A DNA stretch of 64,000 nt from Bacteroidales bacterium UBA6428. Its GTDB lineage: Bacteria > Bacteroidota > Bacteroidia > Bacteroidales > UBA932. The notes below the pieces were generated by a model. That model was not told where the DNA came from. It ran no database searches and saw only the letters and a list, made by a program, of their open reading frames with translations. The position numbers and the translations under genes were made by a program. This document shows positions 1-10,911 of this stretch, in pieces (positions within the stretch are counted from its first letter, which is position 1; each line of letters opens with the position of its first letter). The stretch lies in NCBI GenBank assembly GCA_002437305.1, contig DJOW01000071.1:49808-113807 (forward strand), in the 5' to 3' direction.

Positions 1-396
1 AGCGTTGCCGTGCCAGCTGAACACAAAGTCAACCCCGGGATGAGGTGACTCCAACACCCTCTGTCTTACCGCCTTGGAGTAATGGATCAGAAGTATGAAT
101 GGAATCCCGCGCCCTTCCTCCTTCAGCATGGACGCGAAAGGGAAGATCTCCTTGTCCTGTTCGTTGTACATGCAGATGATCATGTCGATCTCCTCTTCGG
201 AGCCGATTATTCCCTTAGCCTGGGCCGATGAGTTGGCCCAGATGAATTTAGGAGGATTGCTCAGGTTAAGCTCACGGTATTCGTTTTTCACCTGATTCTC
301 AATGCGTCCGTCCTCCTCAAGGGCGAAAGCGTCATAGTTGCTGCAAATCATCAGAATCTTCCGGATTCTGGAGCGCATCAAGGACTCTTCGTTCAT
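1..396 (-). CDS. N-terminal part of a Bacteroidota PEP/pyruvate-binding domain (PEP synthase-like) protein with a receiver-like N-terminus; runs off the window start
   Basis: Manual translation from the ATG at 396 gives MNEESLMRSRIRKILMICSNYDAFALEEDGRIENQVKNEYRELNLSNPPKF...DFVFSWHGNA. The YDAFxLExDGR and FxWxGN motifs match this family. Not in the ORF track. Confidence 0.8.
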   Translation of the reverse strand, partial: MNEESLMRSRIRKILMICSNYDAFALEEDGRIENQVKNEYRELNLSNPPKFIWANSSAQAKGIIGSEEEIDMIICMYNEQDKEIFPFASMLKEEGRGIPFILLIHYSKAVRQRVLESPHPGVDFVFSWHGNA

Positions 397-446
397 TCTT
401 GCCAGTTTTTGCAAACATCGCGAAATTACGGAAAATTCATGAATAT

Positions 447-1202
447 TCAATGTCCTGCCGCCGCCCGGCGCCTGAACTCCGCGATTGTTATGGCGGTTGC
501 GACAGCCGCGTTCAGGGACTCGGACCCTCTTTCATTCCTTGGCCAGGAGGGAATTAGAAGCCTGTCGGTGACAACCCCGCCAACTTCTTTGGAAACTCCG
601 TTGGATTCATTCCCGACAACGATGACCGACGGCGAGTCCGATCCGGTGGACAGATCACAGGCGTACATGTCCTCACCGTCAAGGAAGGTCCCGTACACTC
701 TGCCTTTTGCCGAGACCGCGGCCCTGCAAAGCCCGAGGATGTCGCAATAATGGAATCTCACCCTGAAGATGGCTCCCATCGTTGACTGCACAACCTTAGG
801 ATTGAAGATGTCGACTGTGTCTTTCGAGGCGAAAACAGCATCGAGGCCGAACCAGTCCGCGGTGCGGATGATAGTGCCAAGATTGCCGGGATCCCTGATT
901 CCGTCAAGAGCCAGGAAAAGTCCTCTTCGTGGGAAGCCACTAAAATCGTCAAGCTCTATGTCCGCCGGTTTTCTGACAATCGCCAGGGCCGGAGATGGAG
1001 AGGAAAGCAGGCTCAGCCTTGTCATCGCGGCTTCACCGATCTGAAGTCGCCTATAGACTTTCTCAACTGAAAAAGAAGAGGCCAAAGCCTCGGCAACCAT
1101 CTTCTCGCCTTCAACCAGAAAAAGTCCCGTCTCGTCACGAAACTTCCTTTGTGCCAAAGACTTGACCAGTTTTACCTCATTATGTGACACAGACGATGGC
1201 AT
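447..1202 (-). CDS. TrmH/SpoU family RNA methyltransferase
   Basis: Motifs FLVEGEK, LDGIRDPGNLGTIIRTADWFG, VGNESNG, ESLNAAVA. Confidence 0.95.
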   Translation of the reverse strand: MPSSVSHNEVKLVKSLAQRKFRDETGLFLVEGEKMVAEALASSFSVEKVYRRLQIGEAAMTRLSLLSSPSPALAIVRKPADIELDDFSGFPRRGLFLALDGIRDPGNLGTIIRTADWFGLDAVFASKDTVDIFNPKVVQSTMGAIFRVRFHYCDILGLCRAAVSAKGRVYGTFLDGEDMYACDLSTGSDSPSVIVVGNESNGVSKEVGGVVTDRLLIPSWPRNERGSESLNAAVATAITIAEFRRRAAAGH

Positions 1203-1205
1203 TGC

Positions 1206-2600
1206 TTAGAATCCGAGAATCTTAAGCATCGACTCGGAACTCTGCTCAGGCGCGAACACCTTTGTGGTGATCCTCCCGTCCTTGTCCTTGTCAATCAGGA
1301 TGTGCTTTGGTGAGGGCTGAAGACAATGCTTGACTCCACCGTATCCCGAAATGGCTTCCTGATAAGCCCCGGTGTGAAAGAAACCTATGTAAAGCGGGTC
1401 CCTCCTGCTCTTCATCACTGGAAGGAAGATCGCGTTTGAGTGGGCCTCGGAATTGTAGAAGTCCTTGCTGTCGCAGGTCAGGCCGCCCAGAAAAACACGG
1501 TGGTACTCCTCGTTCCATTTGTTGATGGGGAAGAGAATGAACCTCTGGTGAAGGCCCCAGGTGTCAGGAAGGCTTGTCATAAAGGAATTGTCGATCATGT
1601 ACCAGCACTCGCGGTCGTTCTGCTGCTTTACATCCAGTATTTTGAATATTGTCGCTCCGCTCTCGCCCACGGTGAAGTTGCCGAACTCGGTGTAGATGTC
1701 AGGAACCTGCACCCCATGCGCGTCGCACACCGACTTTATCTGGTAGACAATCTCCTCGATCATGTACTTGTAGTCGTAATCCACAGCAAGCGATGTCTTT
1801 ATAGGAAGGCCGCCGCCGATGTTCAGAGAATCAAGGTCCGGACAGATCTGCTTGAGGTCGCAGTAGAGGTTCAGACAGCGCGCGAGCTCGTTCCAGTAAT
1901 ATGAAGTGTCCCTGATGCCGGTGTTGATGAAGAAATGCAGCATCTTCAATTTGAACTTGGGGTTCTTGCTGATGCCGTTCCGGTAGAACGGGATGATGTC
2001 CGAGTACCTGATTCCCAAGCGGGAAGTATAGAAATCGAACGAAGGCTCCTCCTCAGAGGCGATTCGGATGCCAAGTTGGGCAGGGACCTCGATAAGGTCA
2101 TCAAGGTCCTCCAGCTCATTTTTGTTGTCCAGGACAGGGATTATGTTATGCCAGCCCTCGTTGAGCATCGTGGCGATGTTCTGGATGTACTGTGGTCTCT
2201 TGAAGCCGTTGCAGATGACGATCAAGTTCTTGTCCACCAGCTTGTCGGACTCAAGCTTTCGGATGAGGTCAAGGTCGTAGGCAGAGGATGTCTCCAGGTG
2301 GACATCGCTCTTTAGCGCCTGCTCTATGACAAACTTGAACTGGGAACTCTTCGTACAGTAGCAATAGTGGTGGTCACCCTCATAGCTGACCTTTGACATC
2401 GCGTTCCGGAACATTCGCTTGGCCCTTTGGATCTGAGAGGTGATCTTCGGGAGATAAGTGAGTTTCAGGGGCGTGCCGTATTCCTTTATGATTCCCATCA
2501 TGTCAATGTCATTGACGAAAAGATTGCCGTCTTCAACCCTGAATTCGTCCTGTGGGAAATCGAAGGTCTGATCCACAAGGTCGATGTACTTGTTCTTCAT
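1206..2600 (-). CDS. speA: Arginine decarboxylase (short Bacteroidota type, group IV PLP decarboxylase)
   Basis: Motifs YCYCTKSS, ICNGFK, LNIGGGLP, GGLTCDS, GAYQE. Confidence 0.9.
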   Translation of the reverse strand: MKNKYIDLVDQTFDFPQDEFRVEDGNLFVNDIDMMGIIKEYGTPLKLTYLPKITSQIQRAKRMFRNAMSKVSYEGDHHYCYCTKSSQFKFVIEQALKSDVHLETSSAYDLDLIRKLESDKLVDKNLIVICNGFKRPQYIQNIATMLNEGWHNIIPVLDNKNELEDLDDLIEVPAQLGIRIASEEEPSFDFYTSRLGIRYSDIIPFYRNGISKNPKFKLKMLHFFINTGIRDTSYYWNELARCLNLYCDLKQICPDLDSLNIGGGLPIKTSLAVDYDYKYMIEEIVYQIKSVCDAHGVQVPDIYTEFGNFTVGESGATIFKILDVKQQNDRECWYMIDNSFMTSLPDTWGLHQRFILFPINKWNEEYHRVFLGGLTCDSKDFYNSEAHSNAIFLPVMKSRRDPLYIGFFHTGAYQEAISGYGGVKHCLQPSPKHILIDKDKDGRITTKVFAPEQSSESMLKILGF

Positions 2601-2756
2601 CCTAAAAAACTGTAAACCTATTAAAGTTTGACAAAATATTAATGTGCCGGCATGGACGTGCTATCGGCTTCGGCGTGCAAAGATAGGTACGAAAATTAAT
2701 ATTTTGACCCAAATTTGAAGAAAAATCAGAAAGGGTTGTTATTTTTGTAGAATATT

Positions 2757-4967
2757 ATGGCAAAATCCTCCTTACTCTCCTTGATGGCCGCCGTGGCCAC
2801 AGTCGCCGTGCTCTACAGCTCATGCAGCACGACGCGTGTCCTGGAGGACGGGCAGTACCGCCTTGCCTCAAACAAGGTGAAAGTCTGCAATGACAGCAAG
2901 TTCAACACAAAAAGAATCGAATCCTACATAAAGCAGAAGCCTAATTCCTACATAGTATTCGGCTGGAACCCATTCCTGAACCTTTACAATTGGTCAGGAA
3001 GGAATCCGGACAAGACCGTCAACAAATTCATCAGGAAGATAGGCACGGCCCCGGTTGTTTACCTGCCATCACAGGCGGAGGCTTCCGTCGACAACATAAA
3101 GAGGCATCTTGAGTACCTCGGCTACTACGGCTCGGACGTGCAGGGCCATACCGTCGTCAAAGGGAAAAAGGTTCATGTCACATATTCAGTCACATTAGGG
3201 AAAAGATTCAGAATCGGGAGCATAACCTACTCCGTTCCTGAAGGAGAGTTCAAGGAGGACTTTATGGCGGACACGGCTCTTATCTCCATAAAACCAGGGG
3301 ATTATCTGTCAGAGGACGCACTTGAAAAAGAAACCGAGCGCAACGCCTCTGTCCTCAGGCGTAAAGGTTACTTCGGCTTTACCAAGAACTATTTCTACTT
3401 CGAGGCGGACACACTCCACTCCGCTGACACAGCCGACCTGCTGATGTCAGTAAGGAACTACACCAGAAACCAAACACCCGAATATGCCCGTCCTCACCGG
3501 AAGTATTTTCTTGGAGATGTGACAATCTCCTATGACAGCGACTTGGCTTTCAATGAGAAAGTGCTGCGGAACCTATGCACTCTCCGTCCAGGGGAAATGT
3601 ACGATGAGGACGATGTGAACACCACGTACACAAGGTTCTCGGCACTGAAGCTCTTCAGCGGAGTCAACATCTCACTTAATCCAAGGGACACGGCTACAGT
3701 CGACTGCGACATAAGCCTCACGCGTTCCAGGATGCAGGGCTTCAAGGTGAATCTGGAGGGGTCTACCAACTCAACAGGGCTGATCGGCATCTCACCTCAG
3801 CTTAGCTATTACCACAAGAACCTGTTCCATGGAGGGCAGTGGCTGAATCTTGGATTCCTCGGAAACTTTCAGTTCAAGTATGACGACAAGAATGTCAAGT
3901 CCAATGAATTCGGTGTCTCGGCCGGGCTGAGCTTCCCGGAATTTCTGGGGCTTCCCAACTCCATGTTCCACGGGCCTTCGGTACCACGCACGGAGATCAA
4001 CATGTCGTACAATTACCAAAACCGCCCGGAGTACACGAGAAACATGATCTCAACCTCATTCGGTTATTCCGGCTCTCTAAGGAACGGTAAATTCTTCTAC
4101 CAATTCTATCCGATTCAAGCCAAGATAGTAAGACTGGCCAACCTGGACCAAAACTTCTATAAGACACTTGTCGGGAATCCATTCATGCGGGACGCCTACC
4201 AGAATCACTTTGACGTCGGCTCCGGTCTAGTGGCCTACTACGCGACCAGCACAGCCTTGGTGCCGAAGGAGACTTACGAATATGCCCGCCTGCAGCTCGA
4301 TGCGTCCGGCAATGCGCTCAGTCTGCTCAACGGCACGATGGAGAGGGACGAGTATGGCTCAAGGCTTGTCTGGAACACACCCTACTCCCAATACATCCGC
4401 ACGGAACTGACACTCGGAAAGACCCTGATATTCGGCAAGAACGACAGCCAGGCCCTTGCGATGCGTCTCCTTGGCGGAGTCGGCTATGCCTATGGCAACT
4501 CATCCACTCTCCCTTTCGAGAAGCAGTTCTACAGCGGTGGAGCCAACAGTATGCGGGGCTGGCAGGCGCGTGCCCTTGGACCTGGCAAGTCCAAGACCGA
4601 CACTACGTTTGTGATTCCAAGCCAGACCGGAGACGTCAAGCTTGAGGCAAACCTGGAGTACAGGTTTCCGATGTTCTGGAAACTACGCGGCGCGTTGTTC
4701 GTGGATGTCGGCAACATCTGGACACTTAAGGAAACCGAGAACGATAATGGTGTCCAGACCCATTTTGCCCTTAGGGATCTAGCCTCGAGCCTGGCCGCGG
4801 ACTGGGGTCTGGGGCTCCGCGTTGACCTCAGCTTCCTGATTCTCCGCCTGGACATGGGCATGAAAGTCTATGACCCCTCTCTGGATAAGGCCCGTTGGCG
4901 CGCTCCGTCCCAATGGCTGAAGAAAGAAGGGTACTCACTCCATTTCGGTGTCGGGTATCCGTTCTGA
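2757..4967 (+). CDS. Omp85/BamA-TamA family outer membrane lipoprotein (TamL-like)
   Basis: Lipobox-like SSC, POTRA-like region, YSGGANSMRGW motif, C-terminal GVGYPF. Confidence 0.9.
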   Translation: MAKSSLLSLMAAVATVAVLYSSCSTTRVLEDGQYRLASNKVKVCNDSKFNTKRIESYIKQKPNSYIVFGWNPFLNLYNWSGRNPDKTVNKFIRKIGTAPVVYLPSQAEASVDNIKRHLEYLGYYGSDVQGHTVVKGKKVHVTYSVTLGKRFRIGSITYSVPEGEFKEDFMADTALISIKPGDYLSEDALEKETERNASVLRRKGYFGFTKNYFYFEADTLHSADTADLLMSVRNYTRNQTPEYARPHRKYFLGDVTISYDSDLAFNEKVLRNLCTLRPGEMYDEDDVNTTYTRFSALKLFSGVNISLNPRDTATVDCDISLTRSRMQGFKVNLEGSTNSTGLIGISPQLSYYHKNLFHGGQWLNLGFLGNFQFKYDDKNVKSNEFGVSAGLSFPEFLGLPNSMFHGPSVPRTEINMSYNYQNRPEYTRNMISTSFGYSGSLRNGKFFYQFYPIQAKIVRLANLDQNFYKTLVGNPFMRDAYQNHFDVGSGLVAYYATSTALVPKETYEYARLQLDASGNALSLLNGTMERDEYGSRLVWNTPYSQYIRTELTLGKTLIFGKNDSQALAMRLLGGVGYAYGNSSTLPFEKQFYSGGANSMRGWQARALGPGKSKTDTTFVIPSQTGDVKLEANLEYRFPMFWKLRGALFVDVGNIWTLKETENDNGVQTHFALRDLASSLAADWGLGLRVDLSFLILRLDMGMKVYDPSLDKARWRAPSQWLKKEGYSLHFGVGYPF

Positions 4968-6374
4968 CGACCTCAGCCTCAAGGCGCAGACGTTCTCGAC
5001 GTGTTGGGTGTGAGGAAACATGTCTACCGGCTGAACAGCGGTGATTTCGTACTTCTCGGCGAAGATAGCCAGATCTCGGGCCTGCGAGGCCGGATTGCAG
5101 CTTACATAGACAATGCGGGCAGGGGAGGCCTCAAGAATGACCTTCGCGACATCGTGATGAATGCCGGCCCTTGGAGGGTCGAGAATGATCACATCAGGTT
5201 GGCCATGCCTCCGGATGAAATCACGGCTCAGCACATCCTTCATGTCACCGGCAAAGAACTCACAGTTAGTGATGCCGTTTCCGGCAGCGTTCACTTTCGC
5301 GTCCTCGATAGCCTCAGGGACATATTCAATGCCAATCACTTTCGCGGCCTTTCCGGAGACAAACTGCGCGATCGTGCCGGTTCCGGTGTAAAGGTCATAG
5401 ACAATCTCGTTGCCGGTCAGCCCGGCGAAATCCCTTGCGACAGAGTAAAGTTTGTACGCCTGCCCGGAATTTGTCTGGTAGAACGACTTGGGACCTATGC
5501 GGAAAGTCAGGCCCTCCATTGTCTCACGGATGGTCGGCTCACCTTTGTAAAGGATGCACTCCTGATCGCCGATTGAATCATTCAACTTATTGTTGATGAT
5601 GTAGTAAAGCGAAGTGATCTGAGGGAACGCCTCAGCTATGGCGTCAAGCATTTTCTCCCGATCCTCACGGTTCTCGTAGAAGTAACACATGATCACCATC
5701 AAGTCGCCCGTGTCAGTGGTCCTGATGAACATGTTCCTGACATAGCCGACGTTCGGACGAATGTCGAAGAAATCCAGCCCATTCCGGACGGCATACTCCT
5801 TTACGAACAGCCTTATGTCATTTGAGGGATCCTTCTGGAGGTAGCAATGCTTGATGTCCAGAACCTTGTCGAAGAACTTCCCGACATGGAACCCCAGCCC
5901 CATTCTGTCATTCTCGGGCACATTGCCAATGTCCTCGCCCTTTAGCAGCCACCGCCTTGACGAGAAGGTGAATTCCAACTTGTTACGATAGTATTGAGTC
6001 TTGTCGGACGGAATTGTCTGACGTATTTCAGGGACTTGCAAATGACCTATGCGGACCAGTTGGTCATAAACCTGTTGACGTTTAGCCTCAAGCTGCATCC
6101 GATAGGGGAGAGGCTGCCACTTGCACCCTCCGCAGACTCCGAAATGCTCACAGAAAGGATCCAGCCTGTATTTTGAGGGTGTCACTATCCTCTCTATGAA
6201 ACCCTCGTAATAATTCTTGCTCTTCTTTGTGACACGTATGTCAACGACATCTCCCGGAACGGCGAAGGGCACGAACACAACAACTCCGTTCCAATGCGTA
6301 AGCGCCTTGCCCTCTGCGGCGCAGGCCTCGATAGTAATGTTCTCCAGAAGGAGATCAACTTTTTTTCTTCCCAT
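4935..6374 (-). CDS. rlmD: 23S rRNA (uracil-1939-C5)-methyltransferase
   Basis: TRAM domain, CEHFGVCGGC Fe-S motif, SFYQTN, DLYTGTG, LDPPRAG, VYVSCNP, DMFPHTQHVE. Start set at MGRKK. Confidence 0.95.
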   Translation of the reverse strand: MGRKKVDLLLENITIEACAAEGKALTHWNGVVVFVPFAVPGDVVDIRVTKKSKNYYEGFIERIVTPSKYRLDPFCEHFGVCGGCKWQPLPYRMQLEAKRQQVYDQLVRIGHLQVPEIRQTIPSDKTQYYRNKLEFTFSSRRWLLKGEDIGNVPENDRMGLGFHVGKFFDKVLDIKHCYLQKDPSNDIRLFVKEYAVRNGLDFFDIRPNVGYVRNMFIRTTDTGDLMVIMCYFYENREDREKMLDAIAEAFPQITSLYYIINNKLNDSIGDQECILYKGEPTIRETMEGLTFRIGPKSFYQTNSGQAYKLYSVARDFAGLTGNEIVYDLYTGTGTIAQFVSGKAAKVIGIEYVPEAIEDAKVNAAGNGITNCEFFAGDMKDVLSRDFIRRHGQPDVIILDPPRAGIHHDVAKVILEASPARIVYVSCNPASQARDLAIFAEKYEITAVQPVDMFPHTQHVENVCALRLRSSERIPDTEME

Positions 6375-6410
6375 AATTATTCTCAATCAGCCAAAACAGG
6401 CGTTGTTGGA

Positions 6411-8096
6411 TTAATCGTCAAATTCATGGAACAGAGCCTGGGAAACGTTGATCATGAAATCCCCCATGGCCTCAAGTTCCGCCAAGAGATCCAGATAGTA
6501 ATTGATGGCCAGAAACTTATCCGATCTTTTCTCTATCTGGAGAATGCCCTCGTCACGAAGAGTGTCCCTGGTCTTGTTTATGATGTCCTCGGCGCTGTAG
6601 GCATTGCCTATGTCCTTGAGATCACCCTCGGAGGCAAGCTGCATGTTTGAGATCATCACAGCGAAGGCCCTGTCGACCAAGTCGATCAGCAGGTTCAGCT
6701 TGCCTATCATTTCCTCGTCAAACTCAAGTTTATGGACATGAAGTCTGGCAAGCAGGCGGCTGATGTTCTCGCAACTGTCCCCCAGGCTCTCCAACTCGCT
6801 TATTATCCTATAGATAACTTTTACCTCACTTGCTTCGTGATCATTCAAAGACTCAGTGGTGAGTCCGTTAAGAAAAGCAGCTATCTCGTACTCGAACCTG
6901 TCTGTCACTTCCTCGCATTTGACAAGTTTTTCTCTGTATTCCTCGAACTTGTCGGGATCCTTCTCACCGATGGCCGGCTTGACGTACCGGAAGCCATCGT
7001 GTGCGTTGACGGCGAAATTGACGGACTCCTTGTATGCCTGCTCAATCGAGATGGACGGAGTTCCTATTATCCTGCCGCTGCCGATGTACTTCAGGTTGAA
7101 GTCGCCCTTCTGCGGTTCCGGCTCCTTTATCCATTTTGTGAGCAACACCGAGAAAGGCCTGCAGAACCAGACCAAAACCAGAGTCGCAATGGTGTTGAAA
7201 AGCGTGTGGACGCTTGCGATTCCCAAGACATCAGTCATGGCCGCATCAAACCCAAAGAGAGAGGCTATCCATAAGTTGATCTTAATGAATATGTTGAAGA
7301 ACACCAAGACGAAAACAACACCACACACATTGAAAACAGTGTGGGCAAGGGCAGCCCTTCTGGCCTGTACTCCCGCGTCTCTGGCAGCGATGTTGGCGCT
7401 GATTGTCGTGCCGATGTTATCGCCAAGAACCATGGCGGCGGCCATGCTGAACGGAATCCAGCCAAAGTAGGCGAGCACCATGGTCAGAACAACCGTAGCG
7501 CTGGATGATTGAAGAACAAACGTTACGGTGATGCCTATAAGGATGAAAATCAAGACTGAACGGAACCCGTGTGAAGCAAGTGCCGAAACGAATGAGTACA
7601 GCTCGGGGGCGGACACGGCAGGAGGTATGGAGGACTTTATGTAGATAAGCCCCACAAAAACAAGAGAAAGTCCCATGACAGCCTGGCCGGCATTTCTTAC
7701 AGGAGACTTATTCGCCAATGTCATGGCAAAGCCCGCTCCGAGCATGACAAACGCAAAGGCCGCAATGTCAAGCCTGAACCCAGTAGCCGCTATGATCCAA
7801 GCGGTTACTGTGGTTCCAATGTTGGCTCCCATTATCACGCGGATGCCTTGCACAAGCGACAGGGTAGAGACTCCCACCAGACTTGCCACAAGGATTGTCG
7901 CCGCGCTGGAGGATTGGACGACCGCCGTGATTCCGGCGCCGGACAGAACCTGCTTCAAAGGATTGTCGGATGTCATCCATTTCTCGAAGCGCCTGAGCCG
8001 GTCGCCGCAATATTTCTGGATTCCGGAGCTGAGCATCTCAAGACCGAACACAAAGAGGGCCAGGGCTCCGATCAGCGTCAGTAGTTGTAAAATCAT
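6411..8096 (-). CDS. Na/Pi cotransporter family protein with C-terminal PhoU-like domains
   Basis: Duplicated QSSSA motif with GANIGTT and GDNIGTT. Start set at MILQLL. Confidence 0.92.
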   Translation of the reverse strand: MILQLLTLIGALALFVFGLEMLSSGIQKYCGDRLRRFEKWMTSDNPLKQVLSGAGITAVVQSSSAATILVASLVGVSTLSLVQGIRVIMGANIGTTVTAWIIAATGFRLDIAAFAFVMLGAGFAMTLANKSPVRNAGQAVMGLSLVFVGLIYIKSSIPPAVSAPELYSFVSALASHGFRSVLIFILIGITVTFVLQSSSATVVLTMVLAYFGWIPFSMAAAMVLGDNIGTTISANIAARDAGVQARRAALAHTVFNVCGVVFVLVFFNIFIKINLWIASLFGFDAAMTDVLGIASVHTLFNTIATLVLVWFCRPFSVLLTKWIKEPEPQKGDFNLKYIGSGRIIGTPSISIEQAYKESVNFAVNAHDGFRYVKPAIGEKDPDKFEEYREKLVKCEEVTDRFEYEIAAFLNGLTTESLNDHEASEVKVIYRIISELESLGDSCENISRLLARLHVHKLEFDEEMIGKLNLLIDLVDRAFAVMISNMQLASEGDLKDIGNAYSAEDIINKTRDTLRDEGILQIEKRSDKFLAINYYLDLLAELEAMGDFMINVSQALFHEFDD

Positions 8097-8166
8097 AGAG
8101 GGAAGTGTTTGGTATGCCTCCAAGTTAACATAATCCAAATTGTATAACAAAGGTGGCAGGTTGTCT

Positions 8167-9330
8167 CTAAACAAGGGACACTATTGATTCTGAGTCGAAT
8201 TTCTCCGGTGCGAACCCTTGTTTGAATGTCACACCGTCACCGAGAATCTCAAATCCTGCAGCCGTCGCCATCTCATTAAGCAACCTGACGCTGGCGGCTG
8301 CCCAAGTGAACGAACCAAAGGCAAAAAAACGACGGTTCTTGACCAATCGGTCGCAGACAGCCTCCATGAGCTGACGGACAGGCGGAAATATTCCATTATT
8401 ATAGGTCGGTGATCCAAACATCAGGGTGTCATACCTGAACACGTCACGCAAAGCGAATGAATAGCTTTCCTCATTAAGATTGTGGAGCGTGAATGGAATG
8501 CCACGATTCCTCAGGGACTCAGCCAACGCCAGAGCCGCTTTCTCAGTGTTGCCGTACATCGAACCGTAAGCCAGGCATACACCATGCTCAAGAGGCTCGT
8601 AACGGCTGAGCTTGCCGTACAAAGAGACAACCTGCGGAATGTTTCTCTCCCACACCGGTCCGTGGGTGCTGCAGATCCGTCCGATTTCCAAGCCGCCCAG
8701 CTTTCTGAGCGCGGCCTGCACCGGAGCGGCGTATTTCCCGACTATGTTCGAATAATACCTTGTCATCTCATCCTCATATTCATTGAATATTCCGGGTCGC
8801 GAGTCAGTGACACATTCAGGAAAAGCCTTAAACGTGCCGAAGGCGTCACCACTGAACAACGCCTTCTCCTCCGGGCACCAGGTGGCCATCGTCTCAGGCC
8901 AGTGGACCATGGGAATCATGAAAAATTGAAGCGTTACGTTCCCCAAGGAAATGGATTCACCTTCATTGATCACCTTAATTCTGTCGGTAAGCCCCTGATA
9001 CCCTTCAATCATTGGCACGGCCTTGGCATCCGCCACAATCACGCAATCTGGATATTCCCTTCTAACAACGCCCTGAAGGGCACTATGGTCTGGCTCCATG
9101 TGATTGACTATGAGGTAGTCGATGTTCCTGTCCCCTATCTCTGACTTGATGTTTGAAAGGAAATCGTCCTTAAACGCGGCGGCAGCGGTGTCTATCAAGG
9201 CTATCTTCTCTCCAATGACAAGATACGAGTTGTAGCTGACGCCAAAGGGAAGCGGCCATTGCCGCTCGAAAAGTTTGGTCTGATGGTCATTCACACCAAC
9301 AAAACGGATTCTTTCTGATAGTCTCATCAT
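8167..9330 (-). CDS. fprA: FprA family flavodiiron protein
   Basis: YNSYL, NHMEPDH, HWPE, FSGDAFG, flavodoxin loop SMYGNT. Confidence 0.92.
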   Translation of the reverse strand: MMRLSERIRFVGVNDHQTKLFERQWPLPFGVSYNSYLVIGEKIALIDTAAAAFKDDFLSNIKSEIGDRNIDYLIVNHMEPDHSALQGVVRREYPDCVIVADAKAVPMIEGYQGLTDRIKVINEGESISLGNVTLQFFMIPMVHWPETMATWCPEEKALFSGDAFGTFKAFPECVTDSRPGIFNEYEDEMTRYYSNIVGKYAAPVQAALRKLGGLEIGRICSTHGPVWERNIPQVVSLYGKLSRYEPLEHGVCLAYGSMYGNTEKAALALAESLRNRGIPFTLHNLNEESYSFALRDVFRYDTLMFGSPTYNNGIFPPVRQLMEAVCDRLVKNRRFFAFGSFTWAAASVRLLNEMATAAGFEILGDGVTFKQGFAPEKFDSESIVSLV

Positions 9331-9537
9331 ATACTCTATTATATTCTGTTGTATCATGTACCAATCCTCTTAGCGACGGCCGGACATGTGAACGACAAAT
9401 TTACGAAACTTATTCCGCTTTTTCTTAAATTTGCGTCCTGGTAACAACAAAAAAGGATGGCATTTAGGATTAACATAAGTGTTACCTAATTTAACAATGT
9501 TGTTTTATGCATTATATTAAAATTATTTAATTGTAAT

Positions 9538-10860
9538 ATGTCGGATAACCACCAAAATACTGGACAAAGTAAAATGCTCCCTCCGCTGCCGGAGAGAATG
9601 AGACCCAAGAGCCTTTCCGAATATGTCGGACAAAGGCACCTCATAGGCGAAGGTTGCATCCTAAGGAAGATGATCGAGAACGGCAACCTGTCTTCGTTCA
9701 TTCTTTGGGGCCCGCCGGGAGTCGGGAAAACCACACTCGCAGGAATAATCGCGCACTCCCTGTCGCGCGACTTCTACACCCTGTCCGCGGTCAGCTCCGG
9801 AGTGAAAGATGTGCGCGATGTGATAGACAAGGCCAAAAGCGCATCTGTGTTCTCCGGCGGCGCCGCGCCTATACTCTTCATCGATGAGATCCACCGCTTC
9901 AACAAAGCCCAGCAGGACGCTCTCCTCGGCGCTGTGGAGAACGGCACGATTGTCTTGATAGGAGCCACGACCGAGAATCCTTCTTTCGAGGTGATAACTC
10001 CCCTGCTGTCACGATGCCAGGTCTTCGTGCTCAAATCATTGGATGTCGAAGATCTACAGGCGCTGCTCGACAGGGCGCTTAGGAACGACGTGCTCCTTAA
10101 GGAGAAGGACATAGAGATCAAGGAAAGAGAGGCACTTTTCCGTTACAGTGGAGGAGACGGAAGAAAGCTGCTTAATGTGCTTGAGCTGGTGGTCGATTCA
10201 TTCTCAGGGAATGAATCAACCATAGTCATTGACAATGACAAGGTTACCGGCTGCATCCAAGAGAACGCCGCTATTTACGACAAGAACGGCGAGATGCACT
10301 ACGACATAATCTCGGCTTTCATAAAATCAATCCGCGGATCAGATCCAAACGCAGCGGTCTACTATCTGGCAAGAATGCTGGACGGCGGAGAGGACCCGCT
10401 TTTCATTGCAAGAAGGCTCTGCATCTCGGCGGCGGAGGATGTGGGTCTTGCCAACCCGAACGCATTGCTGCTTGCCGAGTCCTGTTTCCGGATAGTCCAT
10501 CAAATCGGCATGCCTGAAGCCAGGATACCGCTTTCAGAAGTCACAATCTACCTGGCAAGCTCCCCAAAGAGCAACGCAGCATACATGGCTATTAACAAAG
10601 CCATTGCGGAAGTCAATTCAAACAAGGCTCCAATTGTCCCTCTCTACCTGAGGAATGCCCCGACAAAACTCATGGAGGAACTTGGCTACGCTGATGGCTA
10701 CAAGTATGCCCATGACTATCCCGGGCATTTCACCGACTTGGAGTTCATGCCATCCGGACTGGAGGGCACAGTGTTCTATGAGCCCGCCCAGAATCCTCAG
10801 GAAGACAGGCTTAAGGCTTACCTTGCCGCGTGCTGGCCCAAGTACTACTCAAAAAAGTAA
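9538..10860 (+). CDS. rarA: Replication-associated recombination protein A (MgsA/RarA)
   Basis: ERMRP, WGPPGVGKTT, FIDEIHRFNKAQQD, GATTENPSF, SAFIKSIRGSD. Confidence 0.96.
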   Translation: MSDNHQNTGQSKMLPPLPERMRPKSLSEYVGQRHLIGEGCILRKMIENGNLSSFILWGPPGVGKTTLAGIIAHSLSRDFYTLSAVSSGVKDVRDVIDKAKSASVFSGGAAPILFIDEIHRFNKAQQDALLGAVENGTIVLIGATTENPSFEVITPLLSRCQVFVLKSLDVEDLQALLDRALRNDVLLKEKDIEIKEREALFRYSGGDGRKLLNVLELVVDSFSGNESTIVIDNDKVTGCIQENAAIYDKNGEMHYDIISAFIKSIRGSDPNAAVYYLARMLDGGEDPLFIARRLCISAAEDVGLANPNALLLAESCFRIVHQIGMPEARIPLSEVTIYLASSPKSNAAYMAINKAIAEVNSNKAPIVPLYLRNAPTKLMEELGYADGYKYAHDYPGHFTDLEFMPSGLEGTVFYEPAQNPQEDRLKAYLAACWPKYYSKK

Positions 10861-10911
10861 CATATTTTACTATTTTTTCATTAAATTTGCGGTTTGTTAA
10901 TCTCATAGAGA

